Shown here in pieces: positions 50,536 to 62,017 of a DNA stretch of 64,000 nucleotides. The notes below the pieces were generated by a model. It saw only the letters and a list, made by a program, of their open reading frames with translations, was not told the DNA's origin and made no database searches. Source of the DNA: Myxococcota bacterium (GTDB taxonomy: Bacteria > Myxococcota > XYA12-FULL-58-9 > JABJBS01). The stretch covers positions 32,001-96,000 of the forward strand of contig JAYZAY010000067.1 of the NCBI GenBank assembly GCA_036339465.1. Reading direction: 5' to 3'. Each line of letters starts with the position of its first letter. Position 1 is the first letter of the stretch. Position numbers and translations under genes: made by a program.

Positions 50536-53500
50536 TCAACTTTCATACCTCTCAAGAAGCTTCTCTCCATAAGCAACAACTCTTCCATGCTGTCCCAAAA
50601 CCTCAGCGGCCTTGAATCCATATTCATAAATCGAATGATTTAAAGCTAAGATTTCTTGGGAAAGCTCGATGACCTCCACAACAAGCTCGTAGTCTTCAAG
50701 TTCTATCGCAGCAATCTGAACCACTCGCTCAATCAGATTCGCATCAATCGAAGAAAAGTCACGACAGATTCTTAGGAATGGAATAGCAGAATAGACAAAG
50801 TCCAGATGGAGCCCTGCTTCGTCGTAACGCTTCATCCTGGTGTGATGGATCCTTGCACTCTCTGGTAATTTTCGAAGAGCTTCGTTCATACCAACAATCG
50901 CAATTTCTAACTCTCCCATCTCATCCGCAGCAAGGCGATCGAGCAACAGATATAGCTCCTCTAGGCGCCCTAAATCTTGGGTTAGAGGGATCTCACGACT
51001 CACGACTTCGAGTGCAGATTCCCAACGGCCCTCTTCCAAATAGATACGGCGCAAATGACCTAAAATTTCCAAGTCAGAAGAGCCTTCTCCTGAATTCTCG
51101 ACAGCATCTTTAAGGATTCCCTCTGCCGAAACAAGATCCCCATCATCGAGATACAAACACGCAAGCTGCTTGATTCGATAAACCGGGCGACCACCGGTTA
51201 CGCTATCGCCTTCCCAAAATGACAAGTAAGCGATAAGAGTCTCCACGAGCGCTTTCCTCAGCCCCAAGGCCTCTTCTGCAGAGGCCCGTAATTCTAGGAT
51301 ACGAGCCGTGGCCTTAAAGCGGCCCATAAATTCGTCTACCACCTCAATCGCATCAGCAAACATCTCCATAGAAACATAACACTCACAAAGACTGCAAAGG
51401 AGGGTTGCGTCCATCAAGCCTGGAGCATCCTTCCTCAAGGGCTCTAACCAGAAAATCGCGTCAATATGGATGCCTTCAGCAAAAGAAATCTCCCCCAGCC
51501 ACCTTCGAAGCTCAATATTCGATGGGTCTTGCTCAAACGCTTTGTTTAAGTGCTTCCTCGCATTCCGTGCATCCCCAAATCTCTCCCAATAAAGCTGGCC
51601 TATTTCAACGGAAAGCGCATGGCCTTCTGTTACTTGGTCAAAAGAGTCCACGATATACTCTAATAGCTCTAGATATCTCTCAAAATTCGCCGTTTCGAGA
51701 TAATAGTTCCGCAGGAACTTGAGGGCCTCATCATAGAGTAACACACCACTTGGCGCTCGGATTGCGAATTCATAAGCGGCGGCGGCTTCCCTGAGATTTC
51801 CACAAAACTGCTGCACATAAGCAAGAACATAGAAATAGCGAGAGTGACCAGAACTCGGCTGAGAATTGACCCACCCCCTGAGATGCTCAAGTTGCAAGGC
51901 CAATTGATCAATTAGTTCTGTTGAGTCTTCAACATCCTCCAATCGTATTGAAAGAAAAACCTCATTCAACCTGAGCTCAAAGCCCTCATCGGAAAGACTC
52001 TTATTTGACCGGCAAAGCCCACGAGCCCTCAAATAATTGTGACGCTTGATCTCATACTCAACCAATTCAACAGAAAAGAAATAGTGCTCAGTGCGCGTCA
52101 AGCCAATGGGAGAATCAATCAACCGATTTAACAACCCATAACGTTCATCAGGAGATAAATTATCATAATCGTAATGATAGCGGTCCGCGTAAGCAGGGGC
52201 TGAATTTGGAAAACGGGCGCCAATAAAAGTTCTCACTTCAACCAATAACTCATCGGACAAAGCCTGAGAGTTTCTGATATCGCAGACCAAACTCAATTCA
52301 CTATCCAAAAAAGTTCTCCCCTCCTTAATTAATTGTAACCCTTCCGCAATTCGATTCATCGCAATGAGCCGCGTCGCAAGCTTAGTCCCTGCCTCCGAAG
52401 GCTCACCCGCAATTTTCATCGCCTTCTCAAGAAAATCCTGAACAAGTTCAAAGGATTCTATTTGTTCGTCTGCAATATCGGCCGCCAGCAAAAAAGAGTG
52501 GTACTGTTCTTCTGGAGCTTCGAACCGAACAGCTCGGAGCTCCAAAAGTCGGACCATTTCCCCAAAATCTGCCTGACGAGAGGCGACAGAGAGACACTCA
52601 TTGACCAACTCTAGTGTCCCATAAGGACCGTTTACGAGATCCCAATAATACGGTAAAGAATCTGCTTCTCTGTCCAAGCGACCCAGTAAATCAAAAAGAG
52701 CATCGGCCAACTGAACCGAGGGATAAGAGGCAAACAGGCCCTCTAATAGAGCAACCGCTTCAGTTGTATTGCCAAAGACCTCTTCCCAAACCTGAGCATA
52801 ATAAAGACCAACCTGCTCTCGGTCGTAGTTATCAAAGGCAAGATTCATGCGTTCCAAAAGAAGAGCCTTGAACATTTCATTGCTCTTTAAATTTACCGCA
52901 AAACCTAAGCCCCTATCGACAAACTCAATAGAAACAAAACCGAGCGCGAACAAAGCTTCCAGATGCCTCTTCGCGTCACCAAACAACTGCCTGGATTCAT
53001 AATAATCAAAGAGCCATCGGCTTTTTTCTCTCTTTTCATCGTCGTCCCACACTGACTCTAGATTCAGGATTTCATGGTGACGCAATTGCGCAAGTTCAAA
53101 CCATTGCTGGCGTTTGATGAGGATATCCTGGCGATAAGCCACCAACTCTCTCGACCTTTGAAGCAACTCGATCCTATCCAGGATTTCCCAAGCGCTATCG
53201 TAATCAGGTTTTTGGAGCTTTAACTTCACAAGTTCCAGATAGCGCTCCATCGCCTCATCAAGGTCACCCTCGTGTCTGTCACCAACTTTCAAGTACGATT
53301 CCAAGATCTGCTCGCGGTCTGCCCCCTCAAGTAAGCGAAACCCCAAATCGTAAAAATCTGAACTTCGATTTCCTTTGTCCCAAGCAATCAAAATAGCGGC
53401 GCGGGCTTCGGCCAACAGTCCAACTTCCTCAAAAATCCTCCCAGCTTCAAAAGCAAATTCCGACCACACCAATACATCGGGATGCTCTTGAGCCACAAGA

Positions 53501-56500
53501 AGCTGAATCTCCGCACTTAAAGTGGGCTCTTCTGCTTCCAATAGCATTCCCAAGCGCATCTTATCCTCGATACTACTCGCCCCCACGCTGTTCAAAGCCA
53601 GAAGACCATCAACAACCAAGCTTAGACGACCTTCATACTCAACCTGACAAATAAAATCCCTGATAAGATTGGTAGGAAGAAGCGCAAGAGCGTCTTGGAG
53701 TTGACTACCCTCTAAACCATCGGTCAAGTCGGTCAACTCCCCAGCCTCTAAACCGGCCGCCAGTATCACCTGTTGAAGGCTTGCTGGTAGCTCTGTAAAT
53801 AACAATCCTTCCACCAGCCCCAACACCTTGGTCGGCTCATGTAACCGTTCCAAATACAAATGCCCTAACCGTTCGGCTATCTCAGCCGAAACACGATTCT
53901 CACCAAGAGCTCTGACCCGTACCAATTCCTTCTCAAGAATTTCGGCCGATTCCCTCCACGCATTGAAGCTCTCTAAAGACTCGAGCACTAAATCGACAGA
54001 GTCGTCGGAAGTCTCGTAGACCCTTCGCCAAGATTGAATGGCATAACCTGGTTCGCCGATTTCTGTAAAAGTGAAAGCCACTTCTTGCCAAAAATCTGCG
54101 TCGCATTCAGGCCAATGAGACGCCAGATCAAAACACCGCCCTCGAATATCACTTGCCGGTTCCGAAGCTTCCAAGAGAGGTACAATCCAATGGCGAGCTT
54201 CTGCCCCCAAAATTTCAATTGCTTCTCTCCGGAGATTCTCTCGCTCATACTCCCCTCGACTGATTTCATTTTCGAAATCCGTAACACAGGCTGGAGCGAT
54301 TCGATGGGCTTGTTGGAGTAATGAGAGTCCCTCATCAAAGCGCCCCAGGGTCCACCACATCAATCGGCCCGCAACGCGGAACCAATAAGCTGCCCTGACC
54401 TCCTTGTCCCCCTCTGCCAGTAATTTCGCGTCTGCTACCGCCCGTTCAAAGTCATCTCCGGCCAAAGACAACGTATAACTAAGTTCTATCCAGCTGGTTG
54501 ACCGCTCATTTGGAGGGATCTGCTCGAGTTCATCGCGTGCTGCCGTGAGACGCCCGAGATGCGTCAAGATTTCCACTCGCTCCATGTGCAAGGAAGTGTG
54601 ATCTTCCCCCACTACCTCTAAAAGCTCGGACAATACCTCCAGTAATTGTTCAAACCACTCATATTTCTTGTAGATCCGGTGACGCCACCGCGTCCCTCTG
54701 GCAAGATCTTGGCGGGTAAGTGCCCAGGCGTAACTCAAAACTTTCTCAAACAAGCCAGCATCGTCGATTTGACTTTGAATTCCAACCTCTAAAATATGCT
54801 TGCTGAACTTCGTCTCCAGATTATATTCCAGTACGATATCGGCTAAGCGCGAGAACCAGTCTTCGATATTAAAATGGGACACAATCGTGTGCATGGAGTC
54901 GAGATTATCCGAGTTCAGCAAATTGATATTCGCAAAATCACGTTCTAATTCGGAAATAGACTCGGGTGCTTCAAATGCGTCCGGACACCCCAAGGCAATC
55001 CAGCGCGCCAGCCCCTGGAGACGAATCACTGATGCATTCGACCGAGAGATCTTGCCTCCCCAGCTCCACTGCCATATCGCAAGTTCGAGTTCTAAGTTCG
55101 CGCCGGTCCAACATTGAGAAATTTCCGCCCAATCACGCAAAGTATCCGTGGAATTCTCTAACCCTGCCCCATAGCATTCTCGGGCACTCGAATAATTCTT
55201 ACGACGAATTGCCGCCCTCGCTGCATCAATCCAGCGGTTGGCCGGAAGCTCCAAAGAAAATTCACGTAATCTAAATAGGTTCCCAAAATGCGCTTCCTCA
55301 ATACTTCTTCCCAAGAAAATATCTAATTCCTCGATGGAAATTTCGTCAAGATGCTCTAAGCATTCATAGACAACTTGCGCATGTTCAAGATCACCCGCAG
55401 CCAATTCCAAGACTCGCCGCCAAGCCATCTCTGAGCTTTCCGAACGCGCTAACAATAAGGCCCAGCGAACAGAGTCTCCAATGAATCCATCATTCAAGGC
55501 GTGTGCTAAAAGTAGATTCAGGGTGTTTTCACTCGGCGTTACTTCAGTGGCAATTTCAGAAGCTCGCCCGTAGCGACCGATTTCAAGAGCTAGGCGGATC
55601 ATAACGTCACGGGTCGCTCTATAATCGTCCTGTTGCTCTAGAAGGGTGGGCAGCGCCCGCTCATACCAAAATAGACTGCGGGAATTTTCTCCAAGATCTG
55701 CCAAAGCCAAGGCATATCTCGACAGGATGGTTCCGGGATCGCTATGTAGCGGAAAAAATCTTTCCAAAACATCAAAATCTCGATTCACAACCAAGGCATA
55801 ATCGAAAAACCTTTCAATCAAGACATCCCGCTCAGCTCCAAGGGCGCGTTTGATCGCTCCAGAGAGGATCTCCTTCAAACCCGCCGTATGTCCGACCTGC
55901 ATCAGGAATTCAAAAGTATAGAGGGTAAGCTCAAAATCAAAGTTCGCCGTTTTTAGAAGGCCAAGAACCTGACCAACCCCGCCGGCACAAGAAAGGATTT
56001 TTTCTAAAGAAAATTGAAAGAGTTCACGTGAAATTGACTCTTCATTGTCTTGTTGGCCTCGCGAGAGAAAAGAAAGTCCCTCCGTCACCTCACACAGCTT
56101 AAATGCCTGCTTGGCCAAAATCTCAAAATCGACTTTATCCCGAGCACAGTGTTTGGAGAATTGTTGTAATTCCTCTTTCGTGGCTGCTTGCTCTCCACCC
56201 CATTCTAGAATTGGTTTCGCAACAGAGGCAGGTATGGGGCTTTCGCAATCAGGAGATAAACTCAGAAAAGCCTGCCAAGCTTTACCGGGCTCATCCTTAA
56301 CCAACCAGTACTCCAAAAATTGCAAATACTGAGATGATTTTCTGGGTAGCTTTGCCTCAAATTGTTCAGCATAGACTACGTTCTCAATTTGTAATGCCGT
56401 GGAGATTCCTTGAATCAGGAGAGCTGGGTCGCATAAGATATTGTCCTGCATAAGAGAGGAGATAAGGGCCAGATAGAGCTCTGTTGAGGCAGATTCCTTA

Positions 56501-59500
56501 AGTCGAGCCATGAATCTTCCGACCCAATAAGGTGAACTTTCACAAAGACCCAACAATAATTTAGCACTTTCAAAGTCGAAAGGATAAGCAGCAGAAGCAT
56601 CAAAAAGAGAGCCAAATAGCCGCTCCCTGACGGGAAAGTGCGCGATCAAACCCGCCGCAAAATCAAGTGTTGAAGCAAAGTTATGCTTCGCAGAAGCAAT
56701 TTTCAGAAAATCTTCCGCAAGGGCTGGGTCGTCGAGCTCTACCAGCCACTCAGCAACGAATGGTAAATGCTGTTCCCTGCTCAGCAACGGCTCGCTGTAG
56801 TCGCGCACCAATTTCGTAACCTGCACCTTCGATGCTTTGGCTGTGACCACCTGAAAAAATGGCAGAAAATCATCGGCCTTAGAAAGAGCCTCAACCATGG
56901 CATCTTGGCCAAGAATCTCATTGAGGGATGCATTGTCGACATAATCGTTGGCGATGGGCATTAAAGGTGAATCGGATACCAAAATCCAATTCAAGAGCTT
57001 TGAGAGCCATCGATTGCGCTCCGCCCCCAGCGGCAACTCTCGGATCAACCAGCGGGTCCATAATATCGCCAGACCGTATTTTTGGTGTTGGTCTAGGTGC
57101 TCCAAAAACCGTTTAACCCGAGGCACTGGGGAATGGCTCAACTCGATCGCTTTTTCGGCTTGAACCCAATCATTCAGCGGATCAATGCAAAAATTAAAAT
57201 ACCTATCGAGTGTCAATTCCCGCGCTACGCCTGATTGACAACGGGCCAATCTTTCAAACCAATATAAGGCGCGGCTATGCTGCCCAGAATTCTCAAAGTG
57301 CTCACACAAAGGACTGATTAGGGCGGCAGTTGGGCAAAGCTCCACGAGATCCTCAGCTAAACCAAGAAACTCGACTTTCGCCAATGCTCCCTCGAAAGTT
57401 CCCGTCAATAAACCGCGATACCTTTCAATTCCACCCTTTGAAATCAATCGACGTAGCCAAAGTGAGGCTTCTAATAACTTCCCGCACTCACGATAAGCAG
57501 CCACCACAGTTTCTAGTAGCTCAGAGGTCTCTTTCGTTTGACTGACAATCTGATTGAGCAAAGCAGGATCGAGATCTTCAGTAATCGTTACTCGAGCAGC
57601 CTCAAGCAAGAGAACATGGCATCGTTCATCTTCGTGCACAACATTCGCAATGTGTAAAATCCAACCCACCAACTGCTCGGGCGATCCGGATTTGCGTAAT
57701 CGAGCGGTAACTTCCTCATGAAACTCCGCCTGATATTCAAGAGAACTCGCAAGTCGAAGTAAGACGAGAAGGGCTTCCTGTTCTAGACCGGAGCCGTCGA
57801 GCCACCGTAAATATTCAAAAAGGATTTCCCCTCTTTCACCACCTTCTCGGAGTGCTGCCCATCGAGTATATGCTCTTTGAAGCTTTTCCTTTTCGGCTTG
57901 TTCTCTTAAGATGCCAACCAATCTTCGGTGGGGAAGATCCAAATACGGAAATTCCTCAATGGCCAAGTCGAGAGTCCTAATTGCCCTCCCAGGATCGGAC
58001 AAGGGGCCAAGATAAAGCGAAATCAGTTCACTAAAGCGTCCATCCTCCAAATTAGGACGACGTCTTAAGGATTCTTCCAAGACCTCCGCAAAAAGGGCAA
58101 CTCCGTTTAGTCTCTGGGACCAAATCCGAAAGTCATCAATATGCTCTGAAGCTTGTTCATGCTTGGCGAGATGCCGCAGCAGCGATAGCCAATCATCTGC
58201 AGTTCGTTGGCCATTAGAAGCAGTATAAATAGACGCTAAATATCGAAAATGCTCAGCGAGTTTGCCTGGTTCAAAAAACCACCCCCATGCCAAGGTCAGG
58301 TACTCATTCTCTTGCCCTGAGGCTCGCAGCTCCTCCTCCAACTCACGCCTCGCCTCAGACCTAAGAGAGGTTTCTTCCCCAGAACAAGCAAAAACATAAT
58401 ACTGCTTCGCACGATCTAGGTCGCCAATATGGCTGGAAAGTAGCCGGGCCAAACCCAAAGCTATCCTTGGTCGCTCCGAAGGCTCACTCGCCTCCAAATG
58501 ACATGCTTTGAGCTTTGCCAGATTCTCATGGGATTGTTGCGACCGCAAAATATCGCTATAGGTTTGGCCGCTTAAAGCCAATTCAAAGGCATCGCCATAT
58601 TGCCGCTTCAATCCCCCGAAATCCGCTTCACCTATTCCTGGAAACTCAATCAAAAACCCCACAAGCTGAGAAAGATGTGCGGTGGGCTCTGTTGTCAATG
58701 AGGCAGGTAAAAGAGGATCGCCCCTAAGCCATTCAAGCCAGTGCTCATATGCCTCCGTATAATTCGATAACTCTTGCGAACAAAGCCCCAAATAAAAAGT
58801 GAGGTGCTTCAGCGTTTGGTCCTGCTTGAGTAGGGTTCCACACAGACTCTCAGCTTCCTTCCACGATTTTTGTTCAACGAATAGACCGGCAAGTCTCTCG
58901 CCATGGGCTAATTTACGGGAGTCGGGCGCAAGCTCCCACTCCCACCGAATGGCCTGGCACCGAAGAACTTCATCTCCTATTGTTTCTGCAAGCGATTCAA
59001 CTCTATGAGCGGCCTCGTATGAACCAAAGCTCCTTCTAGAAACCACCTGCTTTAAAAGTCGAAGGGCTTTCTCGGATGCATTGGCCCGCTCATAGTAGTC
59101 GACGGCAGTGAGAAGCGCCCCTCCGCTCGCGGGGCCATCATCATTCAAGGCCCACAACTCTATCCGTCGTGCCGCCTCTTCAAATCGCTCACCCTTCAAT
59201 AAAAGCTCTAGGATTTCGTGGTGGATGGCCTCTGAGTTGATCTCTGGCCCTCTTAACTCTGAAAGGTGACCGATGGCTTCAGTCCAAGATTCAAGCTCCT
59301 TGTGGGAATCGGCAAGAGATCGGTGAATCCGATTCTGAAGCTCGACCAATTCATTCGATTTTAGGAGCACTTTCAGATATTTGTTTTTTCGGGTCTCATT
59401 CTCATCTAGACGCAACCAGTCTAGAACACGCTCCGTTTGTTCTAGATCTTTTGGGTTGGCCTTTAGATACTGCAGCCCTAAAGGTATCGCTCGTTCGTAA

Positions 59501-61920
59501 TCAACGGTTTCTGCATAAGCGGTCGATAGTTCCTTTTTGTATCTATTCCCTGGTTCTGGTCCTTGCTGTTGCCCAATTAATAGCTCTAGGAGTTCGATAC
59601 GGGTGCGAATATCGGAGGATTCTCTGACCCACAAATAGATACGCTCTTCTATTTCCGACGAAGGCGCTAGTTCATAGAGCCGCTGAAGTGCCCGGAGCTC
59701 CAATTCATCTTCAAGCTGCGGAGCGTCCTTGTATAGATCTGCCAATTGTCCCAATAACTGTACAACTCGATCACGGCGGGTTTCTCGTGAACACGCATCT
59801 TCTAGAATTTGGGCTAGCCTCGGTGCATCCCCGTTGAGAGAAACCACAGAACAGAGAAGCTCAAAGAGCTCAATGTCATCCCTGTCTTCCTCTCTCAATT
59901 TTTCGATATTCTCTTGCGCTGCTTGAGGATTATGAAGCCTCTCCATTTGGATCGAAATGAGTAAGCGCATAAGCTCTTGGTAAACATTTCGTTCGTCGCA
60001 TCGTTGAGCATACACTTCAATAAGCCTAGCTGCGCGGTCCCAAGCTTCTTGCTCAACTAGAATTTCGACCACAATCGGAAGAATTTCAGAAACAGAGTCG
60101 CCGAGTCGTAGAGATTCCTCTAAATGAAAAAGGGCTTTCTCTAACTCACCCTCTTTTCTCTGCTCTAGGCCATAAATTTCGTGTGCCCAAACCACAACCT
60201 TGCGATGTTCTACCTTAAGACGCTCTCTAGGAAGCTCAAAGAACTTTTCAAAGAGTGTCTTAGCTGCCTCACTACCTTCATGTTCCCGGGCCAAGGTAAG
60301 TCGCTGAAACCAAGCAGAAAAATGGTCTGGCACAGCCTCAATCGCACGCTCAAAATACTCTGCAGCAGTTCTCGCTTCTTTTAGATGGTGAGCCCAAACC
60401 AGACCCATCTCGTACCATCCCCGCGCCATTGAATCCTGATTGCCGGCCTCCATTGCCCTATCCGCCAACTGGACAAGATAGGTTAAAGCTCTTTGGGGCT
60501 CTCCCCTCGAGCAAAAAACGCGCGCCAAACCGGTCAGAGCATTTTCCGAAGCTGGTGCAAAACGCAATACCCGTTCCAAGCATACCCTTGCTTTACGCGG
60601 CTGACTCAATTCCTCGGTATATACTTTAGCCAGTTGCGTTAGGATCTCTTCACGTTCCCCATCATCGCGAACCAGCCGAGACAATTTCTCCCCGATTCCT
60701 GCTACTTCGGCCCACTCCCCCAATCGGAGCAGCGTCCTAAAACAGCCATGTAATCCCAACAGTGAATCGGGCTCACTCACCAGAATTGAACGGTATTTCT
60801 CTAACCCTTCTTGGGGCTGCCTTTGCTCGGCAAGCTGAGCTGCCAAAAGTCGAAAATGAAGGGAACCGCGACTAAAACTCTGCTCCGCCGCCCGTTCTGC
60901 CATCCCAAAAAGAAGGGCTTCGGCCTCATCCCAATCTTGGCTTCTTAGTAAACCCTGCAATACGTAGTATCGCCCGCAATCCCCAGAAAAACCCTCCTCC
61001 AATCCCCGTAGAACCTGGTCATTAAGCCATTGCCCCAGAGCTTCTGTCGGTGGCCCAATTTGCAACATTCGAAAGAGTGACCACCGTTGTGATTCACCAC
61101 GTTCAAACAAATGCCGATAAGCACTAAACACCTCATCGGCATTACTACAAAGCCTGGATTCTATATGCCCATATCGTCTCGATTGCTCCAAAACATAGTA
61201 AGCTTGTGGATTCGTTCCAACCTTAGCCCGAGGCATAGAAACTGATGCAGAGGGTTGCCGAACAACAAAAGTAATGTCAGTAGCAGTAACAAAAAGTTCC
61301 GCAACGTCAGCCTCTTCCAAACTGGGTATTTTCCAGCCAGAAACGGGAAGAACTTCGCGCAAAACTTTTTCGCAAGCTCCACTCAAGAACGGAATTCCCG
61401 CGTCCAACTGCAACTCTGGCGCAAGAGACGCCATGAGCTTCATGAGTACGGACTGCGGAAAGACACTTGGGTTCGCCGTAAACAGAAAAAGGTCAAAAGG
61501 GACAAAATCTATCCGGCCGAGTGCATTGGCAATTAATCCTAATCTAAAATGAAATTCTATTTCGGAGTCATTCTCGCAAAAATGGCCTTGAAGCCCCACA
61601 AATCCAGCATCTAGATAGACCCTTACACGCTCAAAGCCTTGAGCGCGTAGGGCCGGTGCTCGGCTTACAACCCAACGTTCAATTGTCGCTGTATCGGTTC
61701 GGAAAACAAATTGTCTCAGTTGACATTTATAGGATTTTAGATGCTCGCCCCCACTGCGCAGGTCCAAGTGAGCCGGCAATGCCTTGGTGATCATTTGAAG
61801 AAGTTCAAGTGAACCGTAGGGTAATTTCAGATCGCGGGAACTCAGCAACGCTTTTCCGTCCCGAAACGAAAGATCTATGCCAAGAGTGGGGGTTGCTAAA
61901 CCGGGTCCTCGTTCAAACAA
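50536..61920 (-). CDS. Giant TPR/alpha-solenoid protein, 3794 aa (4192 codons if the in-frame TGA is bypassed)
   Basis: Non-repeat N-terminal ~230 aa, then TPR-like helices (ARVCLERVLRFAP, AAEYFERAIEAVP, ARKHLNKAFEQDP); no signal peptide seen; TTG start uncertain. Confidence 0.85.
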   Translation of the reverse strand: MFERGPGLATPTLGIDLSFRDGKALLSSRDLKLPYGSLELLQMITKALPAHLDLRSGGEHLKSYKCQLRQFVFRTDTATIERWVVSRAPALRAQGFERVRVYLDAGFVGLQGHFCENDSEIEFHFRLGLIANALGRIDFVPFDLFLFTANPSVFPQSVLMKLMASLAPELQLDAGIPFLSGACEKVLREVLPVSGWKIPSLEEADVAELFVTATDITFVVRQPSASVSMPRAKVGTNPQAYYVLEQSRRYGHIESRLCSNADEVFSAYRHLFERGESQRWSLFRMLQIGPPTEALGQWLNDQVLRGLEEGFSGDCGRYYVLQGLLRSQDWDEAEALLFGMAERAAEQSFSRGSLHFRLLAAQLAEQRQPQEGLEKYRSILVSEPDSLLGLHGCFRTLLRLGEWAEVAGIGEKLSRLVRDDGEREEILTQLAKVYTEELSQPRKARVCLERVLRFAPASENALTGLARVFCSRGEPQRALTYLVQLADRAMEAGNQDSMARGWYEMGLVWAHHLKEARTAAEYFERAIEAVPDHFSAWFQRLTLAREHEGSEAAKTLFEKFFELPRERLKVEHRKVVVWAHEIYGLEQRKEGELEKALFHLEESLRLGDSVSEILPIVVEILVEQEAWDRAARLIEVYAQRCDERNVYQELMRLLISIQMERLHNPQAAQENIEKLREEDRDDIELFELLCSVVSLNGDAPRLAQILEDACSRETRRDRVVQLLGQLADLYKDAPQLEDELELRALQRLYELAPSSEIEERIYLWVRESSDIRTRIELLELLIGQQQGPEPGNRYKKELSTAYAETVDYERAIPLGLQYLKANPKDLEQTERVLDWLRLDENETRKNKYLKVLLKSNELVELQNRIHRSLADSHKELESWTEAIGHLSELRGPEINSEAIHHEILELLLKGERFEEAARRIELWALNDDGPASGGALLTAVDYYERANASEKALRLLKQVVSRRSFGSYEAAHRVESLAETIGDEVLRCQAIRWEWELAPDSRKLAHGERLAGLFVEQKSWKEAESLCGTLLKQDQTLKHLTFYLGLCSQELSNYTEAYEHWLEWLRGDPLLPASLTTEPTAHLSQLVGFLIEFPGIGEADFGGLKRQYGDAFELALSGQTYSDILRSQQSHENLAKLKACHLEASEPSERPRIALGLARLLSSHIGDLDRAKQYYVFACSGEETSLRSEARRELEEELRASGQENEYLTLAWGWFFEPGKLAEHFRYLASIYTASNGQRTADDWLSLLRHLAKHEQASEHIDDFRIWSQRLNGVALFAEVLEESLRRRPNLEDGRFSELISLYLGPLSDPGRAIRTLDLAIEEFPYLDLPHRRLVGILREQAEKEKLQRAYTRWAALREGGERGEILFEYLRWLDGSGLEQEALLVLLRLASSLEYQAEFHEEVTARLRKSGSPEQLVGWILHIANVVHEDERCHVLLLEAARVTITEDLDPALLNQIVSQTKETSELLETVVAAYRECGKLLEASLWLRRLISKGGIERYRGLLTGTFEGALAKVEFLGLAEDLVELCPTAALISPLCEHFENSGQHSRALYWFERLARCQSGVARELTLDRYFNFCIDPLNDWVQAEKAIELSHSPVPRVKRFLEHLDQHQKYGLAILWTRWLIRELPLGAERNRWLSKLLNWILVSDSPLMPIANDYVDNASLNEILGQDAMVEALSKADDFLPFFQVVTAKASKVQVTKLVRDYSEPLLSREQHLPFVAEWLVELDDPALAEDFLKIASAKHNFASTLDFAAGLIAHFPVRERLFGSLFDASAAYPFDFESAKLLLGLCESSPYWVGRFMARLKESASTELYLALISSLMQDNILCDPALLIQGISTALQIENVVYAEQFEAKLPRKSSQYLQFLEYWLVKDEPGKAWQAFLSLSPDCESPIPASVAKPILEWGGEQAATKEELQQFSKHCARDKVDFEILAKQAFKLCEVTEGLSFLSRGQQDNEESISRELFQFSLEKILSCAGGVGQVLGLLKTANFDFELTLYTFEFLMQVGHTAGLKEILSGAIKRALGAERDVLIERFFDYALVVNRDFDVLERFFPLHSDPGTILSRYALALADLGENSRSLFWYERALPTLLEQQDDYRATRDVMIRLALEIGRYGRASEIATEVTPSENTLNLLLAHALNDGFIGDSVRWALLLARSESSEMAWRRVLELAAGDLEHAQVVYECLEHLDEISIEELDIFLGRSIEEAHFGNLFRLREFSLELPANRWIDAARAAIRRKNYSSARECYGAGLENSTDTLRDWAEISQCWTGANLELELAIWQWSWGGKISRSNASVIRLQGLARWIALGCPDAFEAPESISELERDFANINLLNSDNLDSMHTIVSHFNIEDWFSRLADIVLEYNLETKFSKHILEVGIQSQIDDAGLFEKVLSYAWALTRQDLARGTRWRHRIYKKYEWFEQLLEVLSELLEVVGEDHTSLHMERVEILTHLGRLTAARDELEQIPPNERSTSWIELSYTLSLAGDDFERAVADAKLLAEGDKEVRAAYWFRVAGRLMWWTLGRFDEGLSLLQQAHRIAPACVTDFENEISRGEYERENLRREAIEILGAEARHWIVPLLEASEPASDIRGRCFDLASHWPECDADFWQEVAFTFTEIGEPGYAIQSWRRVYETSDDSVDLVLESLESFNAWRESAEILEKELVRVRALGENRVSAEIAERLGHLYLERLHEPTKVLGLVEGLLFTELPASLQQVILAAGLEAGELTDLTDGLEGSQLQDALALLPTNLIRDFICQVEYEGRLSLVVDGLLALNSVGASSIEDKMRLGMLLEAEEPTLSAEIQLLVAQEHPDVLVWSEFAFEAGRIFEEVGLLAEARAAILIAWDKGNRSSDFYDLGFRLLEGADREQILESYLKVGDRHEGDLDEAMERYLELVKLKLQKPDYDSAWEILDRIELLQRSRELVAYRQDILIKRQQWFELAQLRHHEILNLESVWDDDEKREKSRWLFDYYESRQLFGDAKRHLEALFALGFVSIEFVDRGLGFAVNLKSNEMFKALLLERMNLAFDNYDREQVGLYYAQVWEEVFGNTTEAVALLEGLFASYPSVQLADALFDLLGRLDREADSLPYYWDLVNGPYGTLELVNECLSVASRQADFGEMVRLLELRAVRFEAPEEQYHSFLLAADIADEQIESFELVQDFLEKAMKIAGEPSEAGTKLATRLIAMNRIAEGLQLIKEGRTFLDSELSLVCDIRNSQALSDELLVEVRTFIGARFPNSAPAYADRYHYDYDNLSPDERYGLLNRLIDSPIGLTRTEHYFFSVELVEYEIKRHNYLRARGLCRSNKSLSDEGFELRLNEVFLSIRLEDVEDSTELIDQLALQLEHLRGWVNSQPSSGHSRYFYVLAYVQQFCGNLREAAAAYEFAIRAPSGVLLYDEALKFLRNYYLETANFERYLELLEYIVDSFDQVTEGHALSVEIGQLYWERFGDARNARKHLNKAFEQDPSNIELRRWLGEISFAEGIHIDAIFWLEPLRKDAPGLMDATLLCSLCECYVSMEMFADAIEVVDEFMGRFKATARILELRASAEEALGLRKALVETLIAYLSFWEGDSVTGGRPVYRIKQLACLYLDDGDLVSAEGILKDAVENSGEGSSDLEILGHLRRIYLEEGRWESALEVVSREIPLTQDLGRLEELYLLLDRLAADEMGELEIAIVGMNEALRKLPESARIHHTRMKRYDEAGLHLDFVYSAIPFLRICRDFSSIDANLIERVVQIAAIELEDYELVVEVIELSQEILALNHSIYEYGFKAAEVLGQHGRVVAYGEKLLERYES

Positions 61921-62017
61921 TGAATGCCTCTCAATCTAGGTTGGTTCGTGCGCTTGGCCGTCGAAATAGACGAACCCAACGGCGCACCCATTCGCACCCC
62001 TTACAATTTAATGATTT

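Noticed and set aside
50500..50538. Selenocysteine insertion or TGA reassignment at the giant-gene stop
   Set aside because: No redox motif context, only a weak AGCG/CGCT stem downstream, and TGA terminates many conserved genes in this window.
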